Source: Welwitschia mirabilis (Eukaryota). Taken from it: a stretch of 48,942 nucleotides of DNA. The DNA is taken from assembly GCA_051453625.1 (NCBI GenBank), contig JBOZIK010000001.1:8073780-8122721 (forward strand), given 5' to 3'. The translations under genes were made by a program, and so were the position numbers. Under the pieces are notes generated by a model that saw nothing but the letters and a program-made list of their open reading frames with translations, was not told the DNA's origin and ran no database searches. Numbering within the stretch: position 1 is the stretch's first letter; every line of letters starts with the position of its first letter. Of the stretch, positions 13,301 to 25,557 are shown piece after piece.

Positions 13301-16300
13301 TAACAATTACTATCCATAATCCATGTGGAAGAATTAATATTTTTTGTAGAAACTAAGATTGANNNNNNNNNNNNNNNNNNNNNNNNNNNNNNNNNNNNNN
13401 NNNNNNNNNNNNNNNNNNNNNNNNNNNNNNNNNNNNNNNNNNNNNNNNNNNNNNNNNNNNNNTGTAAATCTCCTCTAAAAATTTGTATATAATATTTAAG
13501 AAGGTGGATTATCTTTGATAATTCTTGATGGCATAGATGGCGAGAAGTAATGGATGGATCACTAACATTATCTTCTTCATAAGATAAGTGTGCTAAACCA
13601 AATTTTAATTCATTAAATTTGACATCTCTAAAAATAAAATATTTTTCACTAATGGGTTTAAAACATCTATACGCATAAGATTTTACATCATATCTAACAA
13701 AAATACACTTCCTACTTCTAGCATCAAGTTTAGATGTCAATTAATTGGGTATGTGTACCCAACAAATACATAAAAAAATTTCAAATGAGACAAATTTGGA
13801 ACTCTTTTAAATATTATCTCATATGGCGTTTTACCTTAGTTTGATGAAGTGACCACCCAGTTGAGAAGATATGTGGCTGTAGTAATAGCCTCACCTAATA
13901 TGAATTTGGTAATGTATTTTGTACTACTAAGCAACATGTCATCTCTTATATTACACCATTTTCTCTTCTAGCCATTCCATTGCTTTATGGAGAATAACCA
14001 CATGTTATATGCTTTGTAATGCCACAATCATCACAAAATTGATTGAACTTATTATGTATAAATTTACCTCCTTTATCATTACTAATGGTCTTTATCTTTT
14101 GTTTGAATTGATTTTTAGCATATGCTTTGAAATATTTAAAAGTAGATAATGCTTCATCTTTAAAATGGAGGAGTAAGACAAGTATATCTAGAAAAATCAT
14201 CAATGATTACCATAAAATTTTTAAGTCCTTTATTGTGTACATATCCATTGAACTAACCAAATCTGTGTGCACCAACTCAAGTGGCATAGGTCTTCTCTCC
14301 ATAATAGTATTATGTGGATTAGCCTTTTCCTTGGTCTTCATGCATGTTTGACAAATTCTAATAGGTATTTCTTGAGATTTAATGCCAAAAACACTTTGAT
14401 CTTTTAGCATCTTCATAATATTTATGTAGGAAGAATGTCCTAATCTCATGTGCAATAGAATTGAAGGATTTTTAATCACAATTGACATTGACATAAGTTC
14501 TAAACTTTTACTTGATGCTTCATCTCCCATGGAAACCAATGCATCAGTTTGATGTGGCATTCTTTGAAGAGTAGTAAAGAAGCCTGTATCATCCTTTATG
14601 GTAAAATCATTCTTATCAAATATAACTTTGTTGTCTCTTTTAACCATCTGTCCAACTAAAAGTAATAAATTAGAAATCTTGGGTACATGAAAGATATCAT
14701 GAATAGTTATCCACCTTTCAACTTAGAGATTTATTTTGACATCTCCAATGCCTTATACTTTGCAAAATCACCATCACCAACTTTGATAGATCCAAAATTA
14801 GTATACCTATAATTGAAAAATAAATTCTTATTTGGAATCATATGATTTTAATAATTACTATCCACAATCCATGTGCAAGAATCAATAGTTTTTGTAGAAA
14901 CTAAGATTGAATAGTTTGCTGCCCCTCCTTCAACTTACTTTCATTTGCAAATTATTAACTAAGAAGTAGATGGTTCACATTCTTCAAGAGGTTTGGATGA
15001 AGCATGATTAGTTGAAATGGTGGAAAAACCCACTTTCCATTAATATTTATCTTTATTATGGCCTAGTTTTTTGTAATATGTGCACCAAAATTTATCTTTC
15101 ATTATGCCTTCTTTAGAGTATTGATATTGGTACCTATTTTGGGAGCTATTACCTCTTCCTCTTTGACCATCAAATCTACTACTTCTGTGTAATGATCCTT
15201 TTACTCTTTGAAAACCTTTAAAATTTTGTTACCTTTATTAATTTTGAGAAAACTTAGATATGTGATTATTTTCTCCTTGATTTTGATAACTTTTTCTTCC
15301 TCTTCCTTTTTGTAACTTTGCAAAATGGGCCTGATCATGTGGAGACACTTTATTTTCTAAATCTTCCAATGTCGTTATATAAGCAACTAATGCATTAATT
15401 GTTAAGCTGCTGAGATCTTTTGTTTGAAGCAAAGTAATCATTACACTCTTATATGTAGCATCATTATAGAAAGCTTGAACTATTATATCTATCTTTTATA
15501 TTTCAGTGAATTCATAATTATATTCATCAATATTTCTATTTACTTGATACATTTTTTGAAAGAAAGATTTAATGGACTCACCTCTTATGATGTAGAAATT
15601 CTCAAATTATGACTTGTACTTTAATTATTTGATTTGCATGTTTTTTTAGCTGCTTCTAAACTCATTTTGAGCTGGTTTCTATAATCCTTTGTGTTTTTTT
15701 TTCTAGTATTCTAGCTTTAATAGATTCACTTATAGATTTGTAGATGATTATCTTGGCCAATGTATTGTGCCTTTTCTTTGATTCATATTTTTATTTCTAA
15801 TCTATATTNNNNNNNNNNNNNNNNNNNNNNNNNNNNNNNNNNNNNNNNNNNNNNNNNNNNNNNNNNNNNNNNNNNNNNNNNNNNNNNNNNNNNNNNNNNN
15901 NNNNNNNNCATCTTTATTTATTCCTTCTTTAGAGTATTAATCTTGGTATCTATTTTGGAAGTCATTACCTCTTCCTCTTTAACCATCAAATCTGCTACTT
16001 CTATGTAATGATCCTTTTACTCTTTGAAAACCTTTAAAATCTTGTTATCTTTCTTGATTTGAGAAAAATTAGATGTTTGATTATTTCCTCCTTGATTTTG
16101 ATAACTTTTTCTTCCTCTTCCTTTTTGTAAATTTGCAAAATGGGCCTGATCATGTGGAGACACTTTGTTTTCTAAATCTTCCAATGTCCTTATATAAGCA
16201 ACTAATGCATCAATTGTTAAGCTATTGAGATCTTTTGTTTGAAGCAAAGTAATCATTACACTCTTATATCTAGCATCATTGTAGAAAGATTAAACTATTA

Positions 16301-17120
16301 TATCTATCTTTTATCTTTCAGTGAATTTATAATTATATTCATCAATATTTCTAATTACTTGATACATTTTTTGAAAGAAAGATTTAATGGACTCATCTCT
16401 TATGATGTAGAAATTCTTAAATTATGATCTATACTTTAATTGTTCGATTTGCATTTTTTTTTAGCTGCTTCTAAACTCATTTTGAACTGGTTTATATAAT
16501 TCTTTGTGTTTCCTTTTCCTATTATTCTAGCTTTAATAGATTCACTTATAGATTTGTAGATGATTATTTTGGCCAATGCATTGTGCCTTTTCTCTAATTC
16601 ATATTTTCATTTCTGATCTCTATTCAACATCTTAGGATCTGAAGGATTAAAGAAACCATTTTGAACTACATCATAACATTTATTCAATTCAAGTAATGTC
16701 TTTATTAACTTACACCAATAAGTGAAATACTAACTTCCATTAAACATAATTGAGCACATAGAAATCTCCTTTAATATATTAAAATGGAGATGAAACTAAC
16801 CTTTGTGATATTCAAATCTAATATTCTTTAGATATCTATGCCTATGCCGTGTGCTGTAATNNNNNNNNNNNNNNNNNNNNNNNNNNNNNNNNNNNNNNNN
16901 NNNNNNNNNNNNNNNNNNNNNNNNNNNNNNNNNNNNNNNNNNNNNNNNNNNNNNNNNNNNCATCTTAGGATTTGAAGGATCAAAGAAGCCATTTTGAACT
17001 ACATCATAACATTGATTCAATTCAAGTAATATCTTCATTAACTTACACCAATAAGTGAAATACTAACTTCCATTAAACATAATTGAGCACCTAGAAATAC
17101 CATTTAATATATTGAAATGG
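10400..17120 (-). pseudogene. Copia gag-pol polyprotein pseudogene
   Basis: Gag MFNGS..TYWCKLMKILL and KDLNSLTIDAL; protease WIMDSNC; pre-integrase LWHMRLGHSS; integrase LELVHTDL, SKLDARSRKCIFVGY; RT YKARLV and AFLNGNLEEEVY; RNaseH RKSTS...WKLKKQTCISLSSIKAKY. Many stops and frameshifts; parts are present twice around gaps. Confidence 0.95.
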
Positions 17121-17185
17121 AGATGAAACTAACCTTTGTGATCTTCAAATCTAATCTTCTTTAGATATCTATGCTTGTGCCTTGT

Positions 17186-17197
17186 GCTGTAATACCC
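17186..17197 (-). other. Copia primer-binding site (tRNA-iMet type, degenerate)
   Basis: Minus strand gggtattacagc matches TGGTATCAGAGC at 9/12 positions, 3 nt from the 5' LTR end. Confidence 0.8.
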
Positions 17198-17200
17198 CTT

Positions 17201-18436
17201 TGTCAGCAGAAGCCTGGTGAGTCTGATTGATTTTTACTAACTTAAATTGAAGACATATTTGATGTAGAAGATGTCTTAGAGAATTACAAATGTCTTTAAC
17301 CTATTAGATGTCTTTCCTGANNNNNNNNNNNNNNNNNNNNNNNNNNNNNNNNNNNNNNNNNNNNNNNNNNNNNNNNNNNNNNNNNNNNNNNNNNNNNNNN
17401 NNNNNNNNNNNNNNNNNNNNATTACAAATGTCTTGAACCTATTAGATGTCTTTCCTGAGTTTAGATAATTGATAAGAGATATCTTTAATGTGTTAAACAT
17501 CTATCCTGAAGGTTCTTCTATGTAATCAAATTTTAGTTCTGTAAAGACTTCTTTGAAACTAAGAGACATCCATTCTTTTAATGACTTAGAAACTAAGTTA
17601 TTTGAAGATGTCTTTGAGGTTAAAATATGTCTATTTCATATATCATATATGCCACCTATTGAAAGACTTCTATCATACAAGTTAGTTTTGAAATAGGTCT
17701 TGAAAAACATTGAAATGAAGTTCTAATGGCAAAATCTAAAGGCTAATTGATCTACCATCATATTTAGATCAAAGAAAACACTACAAAAGTGAATTTAAAG
17801 TCTTGAAAACATAATTCTTTCAAGATCTTTCTTCAAACATAAAATCTTTTTTTTTCATTTGATGAAAAGACATAATAACACGTTGAAATGATAAAATCTT
17901 TATATAAAGATTTAAAGATCATTAATCTTTAATCATATCTTTCAAATTTAACTTAAAATCTTCCATAATTATTGAAATAGCCTTTTATTAAAATGAACTT
18001 ACAAGATCTTTCTCAATATCTTTCTTCTAGTCTTTGAAAATGGAGAATGAAGCTATTTAAGCATCAAGCAACTAGAACAATGAAGAATATTAACTTATCT
18101 CAATCTTTTAAGCATAAAATAAGGCATTTATATAAGATAAAGCATTAAGTAAAGTTCAAGCACAAGATTTGACACAAATTCTTGAGCATTTCATTCTTCT
18201 CTTTAAGATGCATCAACCTTTATCAATTTCATTACATCAATCAAGCATTTTATAAAGTGGTTTTAGAGTTATCCTTTTTTTGTAATCCACATGGGATATA
18301 ATCCCTTTAAAAGACACATTAATATTTCTTTTAACATAAAGTTTCTTATGCTTATAACTCTTTAGACAACAACACTAAGAAATGACCATGATACAAGGCA
18401 TATGATGTGTTTGCATTAGATCATATTACATTAAGA
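17201..18436 (-). repeat. Copia 5' LTR
   Basis: Colinear with 8984-10310. End mutated to ttaaga here and ttaaca in the duplicate at 19402. Confidence 0.92.
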
Positions 18437-18489
18437 CATGAAAGCTGGAATCATGATATGACTAACATGTAATGATATAAAAAGAAAAA

Positions 18490-21195
18490 TAAAAAAGGTG
18501 GTATTCTTAATACACATAGAGCGATGGGAAAATACTTTAAGGATAATGTAAGGATCCAACCATCAAGTCACAATCTTATCATGAATTATGATATTCTTTA
18601 TATTAAATAAGAGTACATATTAACCAAGTTCAAAATATTTTGGCTAACCATGTTTATCATGGTAGAATTTAACTAGGATCTTAGCAATAAATTGATAATT
18701 TATGGCTTGTGTTCTTTTTTTATCAAGGTGTTGTCTTTGGAGGAGATAATTATAAAAATTATGCTTTTAATTATTTGAGTTAAGATATGCCAAGTCTTGA
18801 ATGATTGAAAAGCTAGATCAGTTGGAAGCACACAATATTTATCGTAGATAAGCTCATGAGGGGAAAAGCAAAGATAATTATGTTATGTAGTTCTATAAGA
18901 TCAAATGAAGTCATCAAGTTTTAGTACCTAGTTCTTATGAGATGAGCTAATGATTTTCTAAAGGGTCTTCTTGATTTCACAATTCATTCTTTACTTGACC
19001 ATTAGTTNNNNNNNNNNNNNNNNNNNNNNNNNNNNNNNNNNNNNNNNNNNNNNNNNNNNNNNNNNNNNNNNNNNNNNNNNNNNNNNNNNNNNNNNNNNNN
19101 NNNNNNNGCATTAAGTAAAGTTCAAGCACAAGATCTGGTACAAATTCTTTAGCATTTCATTCTTCTCTTTAAGACACATCAATCTTTATCAGTTTCATTA
19201 CATCAATCAAACATTTTATAAAGAGAGTTTAGAGTTATCCTTATTTTGTAATCCACATGGAATATAATCCCTTTAAAAGACACATTAATATTTCTCTTAA
19301 CATAAAGTTTCTTATGCTTATAACTCTTTAGACAACAATACTAAGAAATGACCATGATGCAAGGCATATGATGTGTTTGCATTAGATCATATTACATTAA
19401 CACATGAAAGCTGGAATCATGATATGACTAACATGTAATGATATAAAAAGAAAAATAAAAAAGGTGGCATTCTTAATACATATAGAGTGATGGGAAAATA
19501 CTTTAAGGATAATGTAAGGATCTAACCATCTAGTCACAAGCTTATCATGAATTATGATATTCATTATATTAAATAAGAGTACATATTAACTAAGTTCAAA
19601 ATATTTTGGCTAACCATGTCTATCATGGTAGAATTTAACTAGGATCTTAGCAATAAATTGACAATTGATGGCTTATGTTCTTTTTTTATTAAGGCATTGT
19701 ATTTGGAGGAGATAATTATAAAAATTAATCTCTTAATTATTCGTGTTAAGATAGGGCAAGTCTTGAATGATTGAAAAGCCAGATCAATTGGAAGCACACA
19801 AGATTTATCATAGATAAGCTCATAAGGGGAAAAGCAAAGATAATTATGTTATGTAGTTCTATAAGATCAAATGAAGTCATCAAGTTTTAGTACCTGGTTC
19901 TTATGAGATGAGCTAATGATTTTCTAAAGGGTCTTCTTGATTTCACAATTCATTCTTTACTTGACCATTAGTTTGAGGATGATACACATTGAAAATTTAA
20001 TGTTCGATTCCTACTTGTCATGGAAGCTTCCTAAGAATCTTTTTAATGAAATGAGTTTCTTGATCACTAATGAGGATTCTAGGGAAATAAAATCAAGTAA
20101 AGAATGAAGTTTTAATAAAGAAATAAATAGTGAAATCATAATTTGTTATAGTAGAAGTAGCTTTTACTAAATAACATAATCTAATGACCATCAGGATGTA
20201 TTTCTTTTTAAAAAAGGAGGGTTAAGGGTCCTATAAAGTTTCTTTCCTAATAATCAAAGGATTCACATTTAATAATTAGTTGGAGTGGCATATCTTCTTT
20301 ACAAGTCAAGTCCCTAAATTTTTGACAAGCTATATAAGTTTTAGCAAATTTGAAAGAATTATAAAAAAGGAAAGCTTAATAAAAACCAATGTGTATGATT
20401 TTCATTATAGTTTTCTTTTCACTAAAGTGCCTCCACATATTCCTCCATGATAAAGTTATAAAATGGGTTATTATTCCCACTTAAGAATACATCATCTGAT
20501 GAATTGATCCTTGTACTTGTGATAAAGAAAGGCACACTCCACTTCTATTCATCTATCCTATGGAGAAAAATTTTTTGTTGAGAAGAAGTCCTAGTAGGAA
20601 GTTTTTTATAGTGAATAATATAGTTCACAATGTTTGCATATTAAGGATCAGGGTGTTTTGAGTATTATCACTGTAGGTTATAAATGAAAAATAAATGTTT
20701 ACTAGAAATTCATATTTATAGATTAGTGTTTAAGATGAAGAAGGACAAAAAGATCAATAAGATAAAATGTCAATACAATATCTTCTTTTCCCGTTTTATC
20801 CTTGATTGTAAATCTAAACTCCTACAGAAGTAAGACCTAATGAATAAGATAAGTCCCCGTTAAAGTTTCGGTCATGAGATGATGGATAACAGTGTGATAA
20901 GTATATATTTTAGTATGACAATCCAAAATATAATGATGAAATTTCTCAAGCAAATGAATAATAACTAGTAGTTCTTTTTATATGATGGTATAATTAAGTT
21001 GATCCCCTGTAAGAGTTTTACTAGTATAGGAAATGACATAAAAGTTCTTTCCATTCTTTTGTCTTAAAACTCACCCAATTACATGATCAATTTTATCACA
21101 TATTAATCGAAAATATTTTAACCAATCTATGCTAGTTAGAATAGAAGTCATAAAGATCCTTTTCTTGAGAATTTAGAAGGATTCATCACATGCAA
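18490..21195 (-). pseudogene. Element B pol, RNaseH + integrase (degenerate; distal part duplicated around the gap)
   Basis: IDWLKYFRLICDKID (~21110), VISYTSKTLTGDQLNY (~21020), VLLL*EFRFTIKDK (~20820), HGGICGG zinc-finger region (~20440), PRILISDQETHF and YHPQTNGQV (~20070-19965), SPYELIY, KLVTRWLDPY. Confidence 0.88.
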
Positions 21196-21199
21196 AAAT

Positions 21200-23225
21200 G
21201 AGTAGAAAAAATGGAAGTAATGAAAAATGAGTTTTGAGGTGATGATTTATTCAATGGTGTAGATTGAATTTTAGATTTGGTTGATTTATGATAAGAAATG
21301 GCATTAAGCATGAATATTTTTAACATTTTTAATTAAAATTTATCCTAGAAGGGAAATCTACTTTAGAAGACAAGTCTAATTTAAAATCATACAAATAAGC
21401 TAAAAATTTTTCAAGGCATTTTCCAAGGTATTACATATGTGAAGGTTTAAGATGATGAATGATAAACTTAAATGATGAATTAAAATTATACAAAGCATTC
21501 AATGATGTGAGAAAATCCTTATAAACATCTATGCATGACTCTATAAAATTAGGAAGAACATTAACATTAGCAGTAAAATGAATATGTTCAAAGTAAAAAA
21601 TTATCCATCCCTTAACCTCTTATGTTTACTCAACAACTCATGCAAGACATCATTTTGGTATATAGACAAAGATGAATTAGAAACCATGAGAGAAAATAAA
21701 TGGTCATAAAGAAAGGTATTAAAAATGGTTTTAAAGGTATAGAGGGTTTATATTCATCATTATAATTTAAGTCTTACTTAATAGATAAAGACATGGTTGG
21801 TTCAATATTTTATTGAGAACAAGATAAAGGCTATTCATAGAGTGGATTATGTAATGGCTCTTAGTTAATGCTCTTCTCTTTTTTAAAGTTTTTAAAGTAT
21901 TCTTTATCGTGAGGTTGTGCAAGCAACAAAGGTTATGGTTCAAAGAGAGGATCATTTTCTATTTCATCAATGTCACCTATTGATTCATTCTCTATTGTGT
22001 AGCATTCTAATTTTTCATCTCCCTCAAATGGTTTCTCACTTATCATAAATTAATCATTATCATATGTATCTAATCCTAGTCTAAAGTATAGTCTATATGC
22101 ACCTAACTAATCACTCTCTAAGGCATTTCTAAACTCAATGTCCTCTTGGATATCATCATTTATTTCATTATGGTCTTTCTCCTCATTCCCAAGGGATAGG
22201 GTTTTGCTATCACTAATTTTGGTTTTGTTAATCCATTTAAATTTTTTTAAGCTTGTGGGTTTATGGAATGTAGGAAGATTTTCTTTTTCTAGTGCTTTAA
22301 ATATTTGAGTAATGACTTGGATTAACTATTAGATATCTTGTTCAAGTCTTTAATTTATTTGATCAAATTTTTTATTTATTTGCATTTGGACTTCCATGAA
22401 TCTTATGAAGGTATCTCCCAAAGAATTTGAAGATGGGTATTAAGTTTTAGAAGATGAAGGGTTTCGATTAAATGATGAAGATTATTAAATAGGAAATGAC
22501 AGGTATGAATTGAAGGATGATAAAAATGAAGTTAAAGGATAAGGATCATAAAGGATAAAGGAAGGAGTAGGATCAAACTCTCTTCGTCTATGATAGGGAT
22601 TTTCAAGTTTGAAGTTATAAGGAGTTTGATTTAGGTACGAACGAGATTTAAGGTATTCTTTCAATCTTTGTCTAGGTTGAATAAAATCTACTATAGTGCA
22701 TTTGGATTGGTTTTTATTTTGGAAACTATAGGGGTAGATAGAATTTAGATTGGAATGTGTCTTAAATGGATTTAGAGCCCAACTCATGATTTAAGTTTAC
22801 ATTTTTGGCTAAAGGTTCACATTATTTGGTTTTCCCATAGTTTTAAAGAAATCATACAGTCTTAGAGGTTTTAAAAAGATGATAGAAGGACTTAGTTAAG
22901 GTTTCAGTGTAGTCAAAGCAGGAACACTAATAGCACTGATTAGAAAAGGTGGCCATGCTAGTCTATTTAAGCAAAACAAATTGAGAAAAACATCAAGGAT
23001 TAGTGTAAGCTACAAAAAAGATTTCAGGTTGTGGGGTTGAGAAAAAAGTTAATAAAAGCCTAAAACATCTTAAATAAAAAATTTACAGCTTTGAAAAATA
23101 ACCTACACATTTTTACCTTTTCTTAAAAAAATTTAATAGAAATGAAAAACTAAAATAGAACTGAATATTTACAAAAATTTATAGAAACTTAAAACATATA
23201 AAACACAAAGCATTAAGTTTTTAAA
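21200..23225 (-). mobile_element. Family C internal region, copy 1 (leader plus ~1.45-kb ORF-X remnant, 22787 to ~21340)
   Basis: Colinear with 25558-27170 and 43430-45600. ORFs 22485-22787 and 21767-21955 have counterparts in the other copies (e.g. 43901-44173). Confidence 0.8.
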
Positions 23226-23799
23226 TGAAAATCAAGAGTGGTGATCGTCTAGAGCAGTGGAGTAGAGTGGAGTAGAGAAAATAGTAAAGCTAGGGTTCAC
23301 TTCAAAGGAGTGCAGTAGGAGTTATCTTGGTGGTGTGAAGGGTGTTTTTGGCACATCTTCAATGTGTTAGTGTGTTCTCTCTCTTTCGCAATTGCCTTAT
23401 ACTATGGGGTTTTTTCCATTAATGATCTTTGTAGCTTGTGTTTAGAAGATTTTTGGTGTAGTGCATCTTCAACACACCCTCTTGTTAACTCCTTGGTGAT
23501 GTGTTCTATTATGAAAATCCCAAAAGTGATAGTAGAGTATACTTAGACTTCATGTTGATTTTCCTACCCTCGAGGAAAGGTTTTTTAATCAATAACTTAT
23601 AAATCCCAAAAATATGAAAGGGTGGAATCTAGTGGATCTAAGGTGTTTAAGGTAGTGGAAGCTTAGTTGGTGTCTAGCTCTTCAATGATTGTAGAATCCT
23701 TCAGTATAACATCTTATGTGAGTTCAATAATAGAAAACAACTATCAAAGTTTTCCAACTTGGATTTTGGCTTCAAATGTAATGGCAAATATTTCATGCT

Positions 23800-24830
23800 A
23801 AGATGCCTATGAATTACTCAAAGCATTTGAAGGCTTGATTTAGGAATAGTCTTATTGATAAGTTTTAGTCCATAGAAGGGCTTCCTTCATAGAAAAGCTC
23901 ACTTATGATGTAATCAGATATTTCTAGAAAAATGTAAGGTAACCCCTCTTCAAGATGGTCTATTACATTTTATTTTTTATTCTAAAGATGATATAAATAA
24001 GGTTTTGATAGGAGTGCCTTATGTTTTTAGCCAAAGAGGTCTAGCTTTAATAAAATAATCTCCTTTTATTCTTAATAAACCCTCCATGTTTGAGAAGATT
24101 TTGGTTTGGATTTGTATTTTAAACCCTCACTCAGAAATATGGCACCTTGATTTTTTCAAGTGATTTGATGATACTTTAGGGTAATTTGTTAAATGTGATA
24201 TAAATTTGAATCTTATGCCTAAAATAGAATTGACTAGAATTTATGTTTATATGAAACTAGAAAGTTTCAATACAGACAAAATCATCTTAGATACTATGTA
24301 AGGGGAAACAATCTTCAATCTAGAAATTGAAAATATTCCTATACAATGTTTAAAACATTAAGAACATGATCACACCATAGAAAAATGAAATAAAAAAAAT
24401 GAAAAGATTGAAAACACTAATAGACAGGAAGTCAGAAAAAATAAGAAAAATAAACTAGCTTCCATACCAAACAATGAACCTATCATGTAAGTAAACATGT
24501 ATAATATCTTTTTAAAAAAGAACTAGAATAGATACTAGAAATAGAAATTAAAAAAGACTATGAAAGAGTTGAACAAAAAGGTATAGAACACATCCACAAT
24601 GTATCGGTCTTAGATTCAATACTTCATTTGCAACAATAGTCATAGATGAATATAGGACAGGGATAAGAACTTAAAGATAGTAGAAACAACATTGATGAGC
24701 ACATGGTGTATGTGCTAGTAAATAATCAAAATAGAAAGCTAGGATAGATAAACAGAAGGATAAGAATGAATACTCGAAAAGGTAAGATTGAAAAAGAGAC
24801 AAAGGAGGGCATCCAAGATGATAAGTAATT
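23800..24830 (+). pseudogene. LINE ORF1 remnant (DUF4283-like plus CCHC knuckle); boundaries approximate
   Basis: DGLLHFIFYSKDDINKVLIGVPYVFSQRGLALIK*SP...VWICI...EIWH...LG*FVKCD...TRIYVYM, then ENIPIQCLKH*EHDHTIEK*. Confidence 0.85.
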
Positions 24831-24845
24831 TTAACTCTCCTTTTC

Positions 24846-25457
24846 ATGATTATTTCCTAGAATTGCATAGGCCTTGGAAATGGTCAAAAAATTTCCCACC
24901 TTTGAAGTCTCTTAAGGGACTCTCTAGTTTCTATGTATCTTCTTCAAGAAACAAAACTTGATTCTTTAAAAACTAGGTGTTTTTATTCAAAATTTTCTTG
25001 TGCCTTCATTTTGGTTCTGAGTATGGGCATAAAAGGGGGATTGATGATCCTCTAAAAGCATGGTAACATATTTACTATTAGTAAGAGTAAGAACCACCTT
25101 ACTGGGAATTGGATTTTTAATGATCAAAAGAGAAGAGTCACCAACTTTTATGGGCCTTAGGAAGCTAATCAAAGACTCCAATGCCTTTAACACATTATGG
25201 TAGACTCTCTAGATATCATTATGGGTGACTTTAATCAAATCCTTAGTTCTCATAAAAAGCTTAATAACTTTCTAATCTCTCCACTATTGATCTTTTTTCT
25301 AATTTTATTAATAAGCATAGCCTCAAAGATCTTCATCTTTACAATTCTTCCTATACTTGAAGTAATATCAGTGAAGGTGAAAATCTTTGTATGTCAAGAA
25401 TTGATAGATATTTATACTCAAAAAATCTAATGAGAATTTATTTCTCAAAGATAGGGT
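24846..25457 (+). pseudogene. LINE ORF2 APE-type endonuclease remnant
   Basis: MIIS*NCIGLGN, LQETKL, GGLMIL*K, NFYGP, IIMGDFNQIL and SRIDRYL motifs in canonical order. Confidence 0.9.
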
Positions 25458-25557
25458 NNNNNNNNNNNNNNNNNNNNNNNNNNNNNNNNNNNNNNNNNNN
25501 NNNNNNNNNNNNNNNNNNNNNNNNNNNNNNNNNNNNNNNNNNNNNNNNNNNNNNNNN

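Larger units (their letters stand above)
8984..18436 (-). mobile_element. Full-length but decayed Ty1/copia LTR retrotransposon with 5-bp TSD CATGA
   Basis: LTRs 8984-10310 and 17201-18436 (tgtca...tgaca). catga at 8979-8983 and 18437-18441 (also 19403-19407 in the duplicate copy). Domain order gag-PR-INT-RT-RH on the minus strand. Confidence 0.95.
23235..25457 (+). mobile_element. Plant L1-type LINE, 5' part (5' UTR, ORF1, start of ORF2)
   Basis: ORF1 and APE endonuclease motifs in the expected order. Runs into the gap at 25458. Confidence 0.88.

Noticed and set aside
11914..14910. Apparent tandem duplication of the copia integrase (a double-integrase element)
   Set aside because: The copies meet at a 100-N gap and the same pattern recurs at most gaps, so an assembly of two haplotypes is the simpler explanation.
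24795..25193. Minus-strand ITYHLGCPPL resembling a LINE RT C-terminal motif, and ORF 24987-25193
   Set aside because: The plus strand carries an ordered set of endonuclease motifs over the same interval, so the match is coincidental.
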